Shown here one piece after another: positions 14,155 to 27,060 of a DNA stretch of 64,000 nt. The notes below the pieces were generated by a model that worked only from the letters and a program-made list of their open reading frames with translations, did not search any database and was not told where the DNA came from. This DNA is from Octopus bimaculoides (Eukaryota): the NCBI RefSeq assembly GCF_001194135.2, contig NC_068982.1, positions 114,116,906 through 114,180,905 on the forward strand. The letters run 5' to 3'. How positions within the stretch are numbered: the first letter of the stretch is position 1; each line of letters begins with the position of its first letter. The position numbers and the translations under genes were made by a program.

Positions 14155-14910
14155 TTGTTAGACCTGGGTATATTATTATTTATTATTTTTTATGTACGAG
14201 AAAAAGAAAGCGGAGAAACTGACATATAGACATCAATTTATTGGAACATAGTACAATTCCGAGCTATATCAAACTTAATTTCGCCTACAGCTGTTTCCAT
14301 GACCAATTGAATCAATTTGAAAAATTAAATTAAATTAAATTGAATAAAATTTCCATATCGAATATCCTTGATTAGGTATTTCATCAGGGGAAGAATTTAA
14401 TAGAAAGGAGCTGCATTCCCATGTGTCGTTTGACTCTTGATAAACCGAGATATGTGCATTTCAGCAACCAATGTATTTAAAAATATCGTTACTTATGTAT
14501 ATGTAAATGCAAACTTGTTCAATGCATTTTTACACGTGAGCAAAAAAAAAAACCCAGAGTATCCATTAGTTAGATTAAGCGATATTTCGATACGATTACT
14601 TTAAACTAGAAGCTAGAGAAAAAAGAAACAAAAAACATTATTCCTAAATTACACTATTACTTATGATAGATCGAAATGTCATTAATGTATTTCATCACGT
14701 AAGAAATTTAATTATAACTCACCCAGTTGCAATCTAGAAATTATAGTTAAAAATATAAATTATTATTATCATTATTATTTTTTTTATACTTTAAGGCTAT
14801 AGTTATATATGTAATATTTACATTACATATTTTTGCGTGTGTATGTTAATGGTTTGAAAGGTATCAGACGATGACGACTATTATGGCACTCAGCAAAGCT
14901 GAGTATAACC
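14155..14910 (-). repeat. Left inverted arm (inverted copy of PLE 3' region / pseudo-LTR)
   Basis: Colinear reverse complement of ~17985-18738, e.g. 14155 ttgttagacctgggtatattattatttattattttttatgta and 14621-14690 versus 18213-18285. Confidence 0.9.
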
Positions 14911-14914
14911 AGAA

Positions 14915-16053
14915 GTTAAATTATTATGCACAAAATGTCAACCACGCTGGCTTTAATAACATGGAACTTACGATAGCTAAAACTTCAAAGGACATAATAG
15001 ACATAGAAATAAGGATAGAAAAAACAATAATAAGAAGAAACGTCCTATAGATAAAAATGATGTGCAGAATATGAAAATCAATTTACTGCATCGTACATAG
15101 GATAATGCTCATGAAATTAGTAATACAAATAATGGAATTGAAAGACACACTCTGTATAAATATAAGATTAAAATATTTGAAACTTATAATGTACCTTCTG
15201 ATAAGAATAATATTATTTGGATCATTATTCCATTTGTTAACCAAACTAAGAACAATTTAGTTGGATCTTTATACAAACTATATTCTATACATTTTACCAA
15301 AGTAAATAAATATTATGATGTAATTTACGCCGATTTTCTCTGTGTGGCTTTTTCTGTTTCGAAGAATATGTCCCAGATTATTACTTCCGTTAAGGAGGGG
15401 AAATTATCAAATTTTTATAACAATAATTACTCGATTAAATGCAACAAAAATACTCTAGGAAATAATGTTAGTGAAAACTAAAAACAAATAATTTTTCTAA
15501 TGTACAAGGGGAAACAACCCATTTAAAATCTCTATGAAGAATAGAAGTAAGGCTATAAATAATAATCATACTAGATCTGATCACATAATTCTTAACAGTA
15601 ATATGAATAGAAATGAAAATATATATTGTGGTCGTAAAGATAGAAGTAACTGTTTGTTTAATAATTATAGTAAACAAAAAAAAACGTAGTGTATAGATGT
15701 AAAGTGAATACTGAAGGTATGATTTTTTTACATCAGTGCTACACAAAACTATATCAAGAAACGTATCGCTAATCACAATTATACATTTAATAATAAAAAT
15801 AAAACTTCTTATAGCAGTCTTAGTAAATTTATTAAGGGCTTAAAGGACAAGAATAAAATGTTTACTGTGCAGTGGGAGTTAACGAGCAGAGCTAGTGCCT
15901 ATAAAATTGGTAATGCCTTTTGCTTTCTTTGCATAGAAGAATTATACCAAATCTTAAATTTCAAACGCAGACTCCTTAATATAAAGAGAGAGGTGGTATA
16001 TCCTGTGTTCACGCTTATAAAAATGTTTTCAAAAACTAAGTTACCAACACTAT
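14915..16053 (+). pseudogene. Penelope-like element ORF C-terminus (RT thumb plus C-terminal GIY-YIG endonuclease), 5'-truncated and degenerate
   Basis: Reads 'NIIWIIIPFV', 'VAFSVSKNMSQII', then 'CGRKDRSNC..NVVYRCKV..FYISATQNYIKKRIANHNYTF..SLSKFIKGLK..VQWELTSRASAY..CFLCIEE..LLNIKRE', the PLE EN with Cys motifs. Clade (Nematis-like) is inference. Confidence 0.8.
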
Positions 16054-16090
16054 AGATTTTGGCAGTATCTCAGGACCAATATACTAACAA

Positions 16091-16996
16091 GTAGCAGTAT
16101 AGCCCGGCGTTACCCAGGATTAAGTTATGTTTATTAAGCTAATCAAGCACTTTGTTTCAAACCAAACTAAGTAACACGGACGTGAAATTTCAACGAAATC
16201 CGTTGAAATTGGTAAACGTTTGACTGAAAATGGGTTGCAGACAATTTGATTAGGAAATCCCATAAGGAATCGGTTTATAGATTTTTCTACTCATCGATTT
16301 TTTTCCGGAGAACTTAAAGCATTAAAAAATCCCATGAGTCCTAAGTAACGCTGGCATTACGTTTGAACAAAATACATCAAAATTGATAAAAATTATGGTT
16401 GAAAATGGGGTGTAGCTAATTTTAGTGGGAAATCCTATAAGGAATCGGTTTATGGATTTTCATCCTGATTGAATGGAAAACCCCATAAGGAATCAGTTTA
16501 TTGATTTTTTTACTCCAAATAGGATTTAACCGAACACAACATTGCTGATCCAAAAAATCTATATTTATACTTTAAAGTTGGTTTTTACACCCAACCCAGT
16601 TCTGCAGAATCAGTGTCGTGACAGGAGCGCATGGGGTGGGAGTTTGGCCGGCAGAGTTTGTTTTGATCAGGTTGTACAAACCGACCCTTTTCAACCCACT
16701 CCCTTGGCCCATGGGCTGAGAGCCTTTCAGGCAAGGAAAATAGAACGTCCAAAAGGGTTCCCGATCGTCTGTGTCAGACGAGGTTATGTTCGGATCACAA
16801 CTAAGTCTTAACCTAAGCCTTAGCTAACCTAGCGTAAGGGGGCTCGGGAGCCTCTAAAAGGCAGCGACTAATTCCGATCTAGTCCTAACCTCTCCTAGAG
16901 GTATTATTGGTCAAGGCTGTATCGAAGATATGCATTAGAGAAGGTTGCCTCGGAGATCTGCATTGGAGAAGGTTGCATCGAAGGTTTGCATGCTAT

Positions 16997-17041
<45 letters not shown>

Positions 17042-17632
17042 ACGAGCCATGTAATTCACACTCAGGAAAATTTATTTCAGTAAAATGTTAGGAGAGGGTA
17101 AAATTTCCGAGGCTTCCACCTCACCCCACCCCGTTTTTCGGACCCCAAAAAGGATTCTGTGGCATATTCATATTCAACGGAAAAAAAATTCCCAATGATT
17201 CCGGGATAGGTGTCCTCTCTCGCCCCACCCTCTTTTTTCCGAACGAAAATAAGAGATTTGAAGCATATTTGGAGGTCAGGATTCTTGATTCCACGCAAAA
17301 AAATCCGATTCTTTTTTCTTCGGGAAAATCGTGCGGGTGTTAATCTAAAACTTTACTCTTTGTTTTTCTTTATCGCCATTTCTAGACAGGGGACTTAACT
17401 CAGGTTAGCAAACTTACGGATTTCACCGACGTGGAAATTGGTAAACGTTATGGCTGAAAATCGATTTTTACCGCTATCCGTGGGTGCCTCGGAGAAAATA
17501 AGTTGACCAAAATACAGCCATGGTTGTAACCAATGTCCTCCAAAAATTGGAGCTACATGCGTGCTAATTTGTGGACGTGCATAAATGACATTCACGTACA
17601 CACACACACATCCTGCCTTTTATAGATACAGA
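16091..17632 (-). mobile_element. Non-autonomous Helitron-like element (~1.54 kb) nested in the PLE
   Basis: Minus strand starts A|TCTGTATCTATAAAAGGCAGGA(TG)n and ends with a GC-rich hairpin (cctgggtaacgccggg) followed by ctatactgCTAC|T (CTAG with one change). A|T target; no TIR or TSD. Confidence 0.7.
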
Positions 17633-17984
17633 TTATAACTGTAAAGATTAGTTAATTCTTAGTAAATATCATATTAATCGTAAAATATAAAATAAATGAT
17701 AAATATGAAAATAAGGTTTTATTTAGAGGTAACTCTATCATATAAAGATTAAAAGTATTTTAATTTAAGTACGTTTCTTAGGAATCTGTGATTAATATAT
17801 TTTTTAAAATTAATTGGTAGTCATAAGGTAAAGATACTACGTATTAATTCAATAATGATTTTAATTATTATTAATTTAACTAATTTTGATTTGTTAACGT
17901 TAGGGCTTTCCCCAATTAAACTCGTGTATATCTGTTCACACTATTATGTAAATAAATATATTATGCACAAATATTGATGACGTA

Positions 17985-18738
17985 ATATTCAGCTATGATA
18001 ATTAGTAATTAGTTTTCATTCGTCATCGTCTAGTCGCTTTCAACATATCAACACACACACATACGCACAAATATGTAATGTAAATATTACATATACTTAA
18101 CTATGGTTTTAAAATTTTTTAAATTATAATATTAATAATTATAATTTATTATTTAACTATAATATTTGGATTGCAATTGGGTGACTTATAATTAAATTTC
18201 TTAACTGACTAAATACATTAATGACATTTCGATCTATCATAAGTAATAGTGTAATTTAGGAAGAATGTTTTTTTGTTTCTTTTTCTCTAGCTCCTAGTTT
18301 AAAGTAATCGTATCGAAATATCGTTTAAGCTAACTAATTGATATTTTTTTGTGCGTACGTGTACATATGCATTAAACAAGTTTTCATTTACATATACATA
18401 AGTAACCGTATTTTTAAATACATTGGTTGCTGAAACGCACATATCTCAGTTTATCAAGGTCAAACGACACATTGGAATGCAGCCTCTCTCTATTATATTC
18501 TTCCCTTGATGAAATACCCAATCAACGATATTCGACATGGAAATTTTATTCAATTTAATTTAATTTAATTTCTCATATTGATTCAATTGGCTATGGAAAC
18601 AGCTGTAGATGAAATTGAGTTTGATATAGCTCAGAATTGTATTATGTCTCAATAAATTGATGGCTATATGTCAGTTTCGCTGTTTGTCTTCTTTCATACA
18701 TAAAAAATAATAAATAATAATATACCCAGGTTTAACAA
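17985..18738 (+). repeat. Right arm (PLE 3' region / pseudo-LTR)
   Basis: Inverted homologue of 14155-14910, located downstream of the PLE ORF. Confidence 0.9.
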
Positions 18739-18759
18739 CGATTTCTCCCACACTTATTC

Positions 18760-19050
18760 TCTACTCTTTATGTTAGAAGTCCTTATATCTACACGGTATT
18801 TACCCTTCCTTTACAATGGACACTTCCCTTCAGAAATTGACATGTTTTACCTCTACACTGAACATATGTCAGTCTTTCTTTGATTCTAAAGACCTTTATT
18901 TGTAAAATCATTCACCATACAGCATATTCTTGCTTATCTTCATCTTTTCAGGATCCTTAACATCATTAACCCGTTTCACGGTAGGCTTCATCGTTCGTTC
19001 TGTTTCACACTCTTACCTCTCCCTTGGACGACTTTAGATGAGTCCACTCA
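18760..19050 (-). pseudogene. RTE-like LINE 3' remnant
   Basis: Minus frame 'KISKNMLYGE' resembles the RTE C-terminal 'PK.MLYGEL'. Confidence 0.3.
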
Positions 19051-20630
19051 GTGGCAATTATTTGAACCAGGTTTGAGGATAATTTCTTACCTTTCTGAAA
19101 CTTTAAAGGTAGAAAGAGATTGGTTGAAAAAGCACTTGAGATACATTTTCAACGTTTTGAAACTTTGTCGTTAGATTAAATTCCGAAATAATTTCAGGTC
19201 GTATTTCGATATTAGCGAGGGGAATTCAAAATGTAGGCCTCAGTAAATTAACCAAAACTAGGTGTCGTCCAGATAGAGGAGTGCAACGTTGACTAATTAT
19301 ATAATGAATTCTAAGTTGGTATCATAGTGATATGGTTCATAATGAAAGAACAAGCAAAAGTTTTAGAAATATTTAACAAAGATGTTACAATGACCTACAG
19401 AAAGCAAAAAATATATGAAGAACAATCCAACTTAATAACAAAGTCGTCTATATTTAAATTGTATACTGAGTTGATAATAAAGCCATGTTCATTCAATTCA
19501 AAAGAGAAATTATTGATCACTCTTATGCAAACATCTTGGTAGGCTATTATATTTTGCATTCATAATGACAACAATAAATAATACATATTTTATATCTACT
19601 AACAGCCAGTGTTACCAGAAAGCGAAATGTTTTTGTTGAACATAGCATTGATATAGTCTATATTAAATTTCACTCTAACAATTTCTTAAAGCTTTTGTTG
19701 CAAACTCTGTCGCGGACAAATGTTTAAATTGACGCCTAAATCTCTGAATGAAATCGGAATTGGGAAATAATACTATTTTATTGATTGTTACTTTCTCTAA
19801 AGACAATAATTTCTAGTCATTGAGAAACATTGACAGTATACTAGACCGTTTGATATGTTTCTTTGTTTCTTTATCGTGTCTAGTAGTCGTTATTACAAAC
19901 CGGTTCGCTCCTAGCTCTAAACAGGTTTTGGGCATGTCTATTGCTTAAAATCAAATCTAAACTTTTCAATTCATGCCTCCAATTGGGATACATTTTTCAA
20001 TGGCTTCGTTAAACAATTCAATGTGAAGAGATGTTATTTTCTCGTACGTCCTATGTATGTTTAATTGCTTCCTTCATACATAATATACAACACACACACA
20101 CACACACACACACAAATATATCTCTCCTTAAAACATTCGTGGGTGATAACAATAACGTTTGTAAGTATTAGCAAAAATATTCAAGTTAATATAACAACGA
20201 AGCATACATAAAAACAATGGGAGTGGGATCACTTTTAAGAGAGATGTCCATTCTTCTTAGAAAATAAGTGATTAACCCAGGTTAGAGAATTAATAAGTAC
20301 TTTTCCTTTAAATTTATACGCAATAGACGCAAAGTCGAATCACTATGAAATGAGTAAATAAAAGTGGAGAAATATGTTAATATTTATCTAATAAATCAAG
20401 GATGTAAAAGGATTTAAGCTTTATGCAAGTATCCTAAAAATGATCTTACCAAAAACTTATGTCCTGAAATACCTATGTTACATATAAAATGATCTCAATC
20501 AAACATTGTAAGAGCAATTAAATAAGATAATTAAAAAGATATATTAACTATTTTGGGATAGAAAAGCTTTCCAGTTTTGATGAATATCATGTATATAAAA
20601 TATGTATATGTATACATATGTGTGTGAATG

Positions 20631-20662
<32 letters not shown>

Positions 20663-20790
20663 NNNNNNNNNNGCTTTTACTCTTTTACCGGTCTCAGCCA
20701 TGAAGCTGCGGTCTTGCTGATTTCCTCAGTCTGGGGTGTTTCACATTACCACTCCTGTATGTTCCTTAGTCCCAGCTTTTAATCCATTTG

Positions 20791-20859
<69 letters not shown>

Positions 20860-21091
20860 ATTGATTGTTGAAATTCACGAAATTTACGGGGGCCATAACA
20901 CGGTGAAAATATACGCAAATATAGACAGGTGACCAAGTTGATATTTTATAGAATTAGAAGCCTCTTGTAGCCAACAGTGTTAGTGTTGCTTTTGTGGTTT
21001 TCTTTGTTTAACCACAGGTCAATCCTGATTTAGAAAACACTTGAAAGATGTTTCAACCTATCCTGTTCTTTCTATATATTATCCAACGTAC

Positions 21092-21514
21092 CAGTGCTGG
21101 ATTAACCCATTAAGCAAAATAATCACCACAGAAATGAAAATGGTTTACCGCACGAAAGAAATCACTTTAAACTTGCTAAAATAATATTCGTAATGCCTCA
21201 TCTCTTCTTAGTATAGAAGCAGAAGTTTTACGCAAAATTAATTTTAACAATACCATCGAAGACTTTGCAATTAATAAAACAAACGAAGAGAACACTTTTC
21301 AAATATAAATAAAGTGGAAGCATACAAAAATAAACATTATTTTCCATGTTAGTGTTAATTTTGTTTCATTTTGAAAAATAGAAATTTATTCTATGGGTTT
21401 TTATTGTTTACATTTTGAGTTATTTTTGTTTACATTTTGAACCCTTTACATATACTTGAGGGCACCAAAACCTTTTAAATGCTTAGGGCTTCTATGGGTC
21501 TTAATCCGGCCTTG
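21092..21514 (+). mobile_element. 423-bp non-autonomous hAT element with TIRs and 8-bp TSD
   Basis: Ends cagtgctggattaa / ttaatccggccttg; flanks caacgtac (21084-91) and caacgtaa (21515-22); interior reads SLLSIEAEVLRKINFNNTIEDFAINK (hAT C-terminal dimerisation-like). Confidence 0.8.
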
Positions 21515-24500
21515 CAACGTAACCTTCCTTTTTACTAGACAGAAGGGTCAAGTTTAATGAATGGCTCATATCATAACATGCGACACATTTTATGAGAAGT
21601 ACTTTAATAAACGCATGTAAGCCTAACTAAATGCCAGAAGGCATTCTACGATGCCGCTATCCATTATCGCTGTTATGGTACTAAAATTTGTCTATAACTT
21701 CCGTAGAAAAATGGCAGATGTAAAACACTGGACTAAATGATTTGAAAATATGTTTCAGCTTCAACTATTCTGAGTTCATATCCCATTCCCGTTTACATTG
21801 TAGTTTAGACATAAATTAAGTGCAATGAAACAATATCTACCTATGTTCGTTCTCTCGACTATACTAGTTCCGTTTCAAAAATTATTTGCTCAAAAGAAAT
21901 ACATACATACGGAAATATATCTACGGTTTAGAATAGGTTTTCAGAACAAAATGAAAGTTTGGTTGTCATTATGAAGGAAAGAGTGGGATTATGGCAAATA
22001 TAGTTATTTTGGCGGCGGCGGTGGTGGTGGTGATGCTGCTGCTGTTGGCGATGGGGTCAGGATAATGATGAAACGATGATGAAAGCAGTAGTCAGGGTAA
22101 GGCTATTTATGTTAGATAGATACGTAATACATATTGATATACTCTGTGTATCTACGCATATTTATATGTATATATATACAATTAATATATCTTTGTGCTT
22201 GTGTGTATTGTATGTTAGTGCTAGATACAATGCCAAGGTACTGGCATCGAATAGGGTTGTCGGTAGGTATGCACATAATATTGAAACATTAAAGTAGGAA
22301 AGATGAGGCAGACAATGAATAAGGTTAGTAGAGCTGATAATGTTAGTATCTAATGTCATTGAAGTATAGATTAATCAACAATTCACTGTATAGCTTCAGA
22401 AGTTTCCAGAAATGTCTACCATTAGAATTGTAGCTTCGGTTCCACATCTTTTTCATTCGTCATTGCTTTATTAACCTCAGGAGAAAGCAAGAATGATATA
22501 CGGGCGGAGTTTACCTTAGCATCAATAAAAACGAATAATGGCAACATCAAACGCTTTAATAAAGAAGATAGTTTACACTTTTACCTGTAACTGTGGCAAC
22601 AGTTATTTCTTACTTGCGTAGCGTTTCGCTTTGATACGGAAATGTAAGTTATGATCGTAGTGTGTATGTCTACATCTATGTATGTATGTATGTGTGTGCA
22701 TGTGTGTCCGTGTGTCCAGGGAATCAGATGAAAGGAATTTAAGTCCGGCCGCGGTAACCACTGGACTAGAACACATGATTTCTATGCGAAATATATTGAA
22801 AAAAGATCAGATATTCAGAAATGGAAAAACATGTAACTACAATCACGAATATNNNNNNNNNNNNNNNNNNNNNNNNNNNNNNNNNNNNNNNNNNNNNNNN
22901 NNNNNNNNNNNNNNNNNNNNNNNNNNNNNNNNNNNNNNNNNNNNNNNNNNNNNNNNNNNNNNNNNNNNNNNNNNNNNNNNNNNNNNNNNNNNNNNNNNNN
23001 NNNNNNNNNNNAGACAGACAGACAGACAGACATGAGCATAAGTATCCACACTTATATCCATGCATGTTGTGCTACGTGTAACACACACGTATGTGTATAC
23101 ATACATACATACATACATACATACATACATACATACATACATACATAAAGACTACTCGGTCCCATAGAATTTCTGCTAGTAATGCAAATAATTCTGCAAA
23201 AGCATCACATTTCCGATACTGACAATTTCATCTGAATGTTTTTTGAGCATCTTCGTGGCTCACATCCAAACAGCACAATGGTAGTTAGTAGTTATTGTAG
23301 ATCGTATAAGTGCCTTAATTTGTAAATCCCTGCTAGATGTCTTTGCTTAAGAGATAGGCGTCTAAACAGGCCTCGCAACTGAGTCTGCCCAGTGAGGAGA
23401 AGGTATGGGCACTCAGCAGTTTGGAGAGTGACACTAGCATTACAAAATACAAGGGAAGCGAAGTTGCACCAATATTTAATTCTACACCGGACCAGTCGGG
23501 TACCAGATAAATAACGGCCAGGTATCTCATTTAATTGATGCAGGATAGGGTTCGAAAATTACTTTACTTCTTTGCAAACATCTGAAATTTAAACTCACAA
23601 AGAAAGAGATCATTGGAGCATAGGATATCAGAACTCTACGAGTAACAATTAATGTGGAAGAACTGGATAACCGTTACTATGACTACAGTCTACTAGCCAA
23701 AATTTATGCGCATAAATTTAAAAAAGAGAACAAAATACCGTTTGGGTTGGCTTGCGTGGACAAAACGAAGAGGTAAATCACATCTTCCTACTAATGGAGT
23801 CATAAGCTCCTTTTCCATTGGCTGATATAACAAAAGAATCCCTAAAGTACGCTGATTTGACTAATCGGAACCGGTGTAAATCATAACTGTAGTAGGGCTC
23901 TGACAGTGAAATCATACTAGTGAGATGTAGGAGAATATGATGAAATTAAAATTTGGACGGGGAGGGGGGGCAGTCAAAAACATTGTTATAGGCCATGTAT
24001 TTGACATCCCTGTTCTATGCAGCCATTCGACCTACTAAGAGTAGTAAACAAATATGACGGAAATTTCATCAGCTTATGTAAATTTGAAACACACACACAA
24101 GAAATGAGATGACAAGTTTTGCTATGTCTTTGCTTTTTGATCAGGGTTGAACTGGGGATAAGTAACAGCAGCAGAAATATAATATACGAGCCAAATAGGG
24201 AGCCATTACGTAATGGCTCGACTTGGTAAAAGTGGCAGTTACATTTTTCGTCATCTTAGGCTTTATCATCTTGACGGAATGGTCATGGATGGGATGCTTT
24301 TGACCATATCCTTGCTCAATCAGTTTTGCCATTGATCTATGCAACAAAATAAGAGATTGATAATTGTTTTTCTTTCTTTTATTTTTAACAGAACAAAGTG
24401 TTGTTCAGTGTTGTGGTTTCCCAAATTGTTGTTGAGTTAAAACAAAGAAGAAGTAAGAAATCTTCCTCAATTATTTCAACAACCAAGAGAAAGGCACTTG

Positions 24501-24587
24501 AAAGATAATTACTTTTTAATTTTTTTCTGGTATATAAAAATTAACACTTCCAGTTGAGTTATAATAAATGGCTGCAGTTTACTTCCT

Positions 24588-24588
<1 letters not shown>

Positions 24589-24662
<74 letters not shown>
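24589..24662. repeat. (CT)n microsatellite
   Basis: Directly visible. Confidence 0.98.
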
Positions 24663-24665
<3 letters not shown>

Positions 24666-25376
24666 ATCAATGGCATTCATCATAATACTTGATTGAAGCA
24701 ATTATAACAAATAACAACAACAAAAAAAGAAGAAAACGCATGAAATTAAAGTTATTAATAGTGCATGTGGAAACCATTCTTTTCATTGTTCTCTCTTATC
24801 GCAAATACTCCAGAATAACGAAGCTAAGTCGCTATTAAGGAAAGTGTAAGGAGGTCGAGACATTCCTTGAAGAGGCTCTTGTTCTTTATTTTGTTTTTCT
24901 TTACAGAGATAGTTTTGTTTTTGAATGAGAAATAGATAGAAATTGAGGATAAACTATCAGATTATATGGTAAAAATGGAGCCAGCTGTTCCAGTTGTTGA
25001 GTAGTTCGTTTAAACGAATCAGAGATGTTAGAAGATAACAGACTTGAAATGACAAATACCTTTAAGTGGTTTCCATTTCATTGTAAGCATGCTTATCTGA
25101 CAAAACTTCACATAATGATCTTTGTGTGTGCAAAATTCAAATTTCATTCCTTGACCTTAGATTCATAAGTGATTCCTAATCATTATCATCGATGGGTTTT
25201 TTGTTTGTAAGTTTTGTTTTTGTAATTTAGGATATTGTAATTATTTAAAACAGTTTAGCACCGGAAACATTCATCTCTATCGTATGACGTGTGCTTAAAT
25301 GTGAGAGTTTGTCAGAATGTTTTAATGTCAGACTCAGCAAATATGTTACAAAAGAAAATATCCTAACATTGGATCA

Positions 25377-27060
25377 CAACAAGTAACCTTAGATGCCAAG
25401 AACCCTACCATCCACCTACAACAAGTAACCTTAGAAACCAAGAATCCTCCTCAGTATCCTAGCTGTCCCTAATAATACTGTGTTCTGGAGCTGTACTAAA
25501 CTGGACTTTATGCCTATTTCCTCTATCCATCTGTTCAGATCTTTAGGGATAGTTCCCTTTGCACCTATAACTACTGGGATGCATTTTACCCGCACTTTCC
25601 ATAGTCTCTGTAATTCAATAGGTAGGTCCTGGTACTTTGCTATTTTTTCTATTCTTCTCATACTAATGTTTTCATCATTTGGGACTGTAAATTCAATTGT
25701 CTGGTACTTTCTATTCTCTTTATTTAATGCTACCAAATCGGGCCTTCTATCTTTTATTACTAAAGTCGTATCCTCAGCCTCCCATGTAAACTACTGAATT
25801 TCTTTAGCTAGTACCCTTTAACTAGAGCTGGTCCTGAGCCCTTCCAATTCTGCGTTTTCCCTAACACTTTACTCATTAATGCACTAGTTAGTCTTAGATA
25901 TGACTGCTTCTCACTCACTACTTCTTCCCTCGCTTTCTTTAACCATACTGCATCTCTATTATGATTGACTGGCTTACCCCATGTGTTACTCCAGAACTTT
26001 CTAGCTTCTTCTGCTTTAGGTCTCTCATTTTCAGCACTTCTTTCTCCATTGTTTATTTGGTTATAAAGTCTCCTCTGGTATGTCTCAAATAATCTATTCT
26101 GTTGATACTGATTTATTCTTTTCTCATATCTGGAGAGCTTGCCTTCTACTGCTATAATACGCTGTTTTAACTCTTCTACTACCGTTCCAAATCCTCTCTT
26201 TTTGACTAAGTATCTTCTCTCGAGGGAAGATTTGCATCTTGTGTTTCGTAACTAATTCAGTTTCCAAGCTTCTGTTCTTCATTTTAATTTTTAGTCTCCT
26301 TTTCCACATTTGCTCTTTTTAATCTTTCCCTGTGAGATGTCTAATCTTCTGATGACTAGTGCTCCTCATGCATAAAGAAGGGTCTCCTATATTTTTAGTT
26401 TCTATCCTACTGACAATAGAATCTGCTTTCCTAGTCATTTCTAGAAGTTTCCTCCTGTTGGTGCCTCTTTAATACTGGCAATCTTTTTCTTACTTCTTTA
26501 CTCATTACTTCCTGCAACTTATCTAAAATCTTCTGATCTTCCTCACTTAAGTCACTGGTGCCAGTTGTCCCTTCCTTATTGGTAATGCTATTATTATTTT
26601 TTCCTTTAGATTCTTCTTTGGTTTGAGTTGTATCTCTTATGCTGTTGTTTGTCTTTCCTACTGCCTGGTATTTCTTTTTCAGTTCTTTTGTGATCTCTCC
26701 GACCGCCACTCGTCATCCACTTTCTTCACCTAATAGCATTAGCTTGATCAATTAATCTCTGTTCAGTCACTTTGAACATCCCCTTCTCTACCCAAAGTGT
26801 TAACACCCGTTTTTTATAGCTCCTTCTTTTAGGTTCACATTCTAAGTAGCACTGTATCACTATCCTGTTTTCTTCGATGGTCCACTTCCTTCCACCTTAC
26901 TCTATTATCTGTTGTTGCTGTATTAGGATAACAGCTGTGGTCAGTCTACATCGTTACTGAACCACTGCCGAGAAAGAGATCTTCTCTTAATGGTCCAGCT
27001 TCATTTTCGATGTTACAATCAGACTTTCATCAGAAACTCCTGTTTCTCGTAAACTGATGT
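25377..27060 (-). mobile_element. R4/Dong-like non-LTR retrotransposon with internal deletion of RT
   Basis: N-terminus 'KWTIEENRIVIQCYLECEP..VTEQRLIDQANAI', middle 'EEARKFWSNTW', 'NWKGSGPALVKGY*LKKFSSLH', then directly the RLE 'RRPDLVALNK..EKIAKYQDL.IELQRLW..IPVVIGAKG..LQNTVLLGTARILRRILG'. Confidence 0.85.

Noticed and set aside
14350-14392. ctgatga in the PLE inverted arm (and ttgatga at 18506)
   Set aside because: No GAAA at the correct spacing and no consistent stems I/III; it may be an ancestral hammerhead but cannot be supported.
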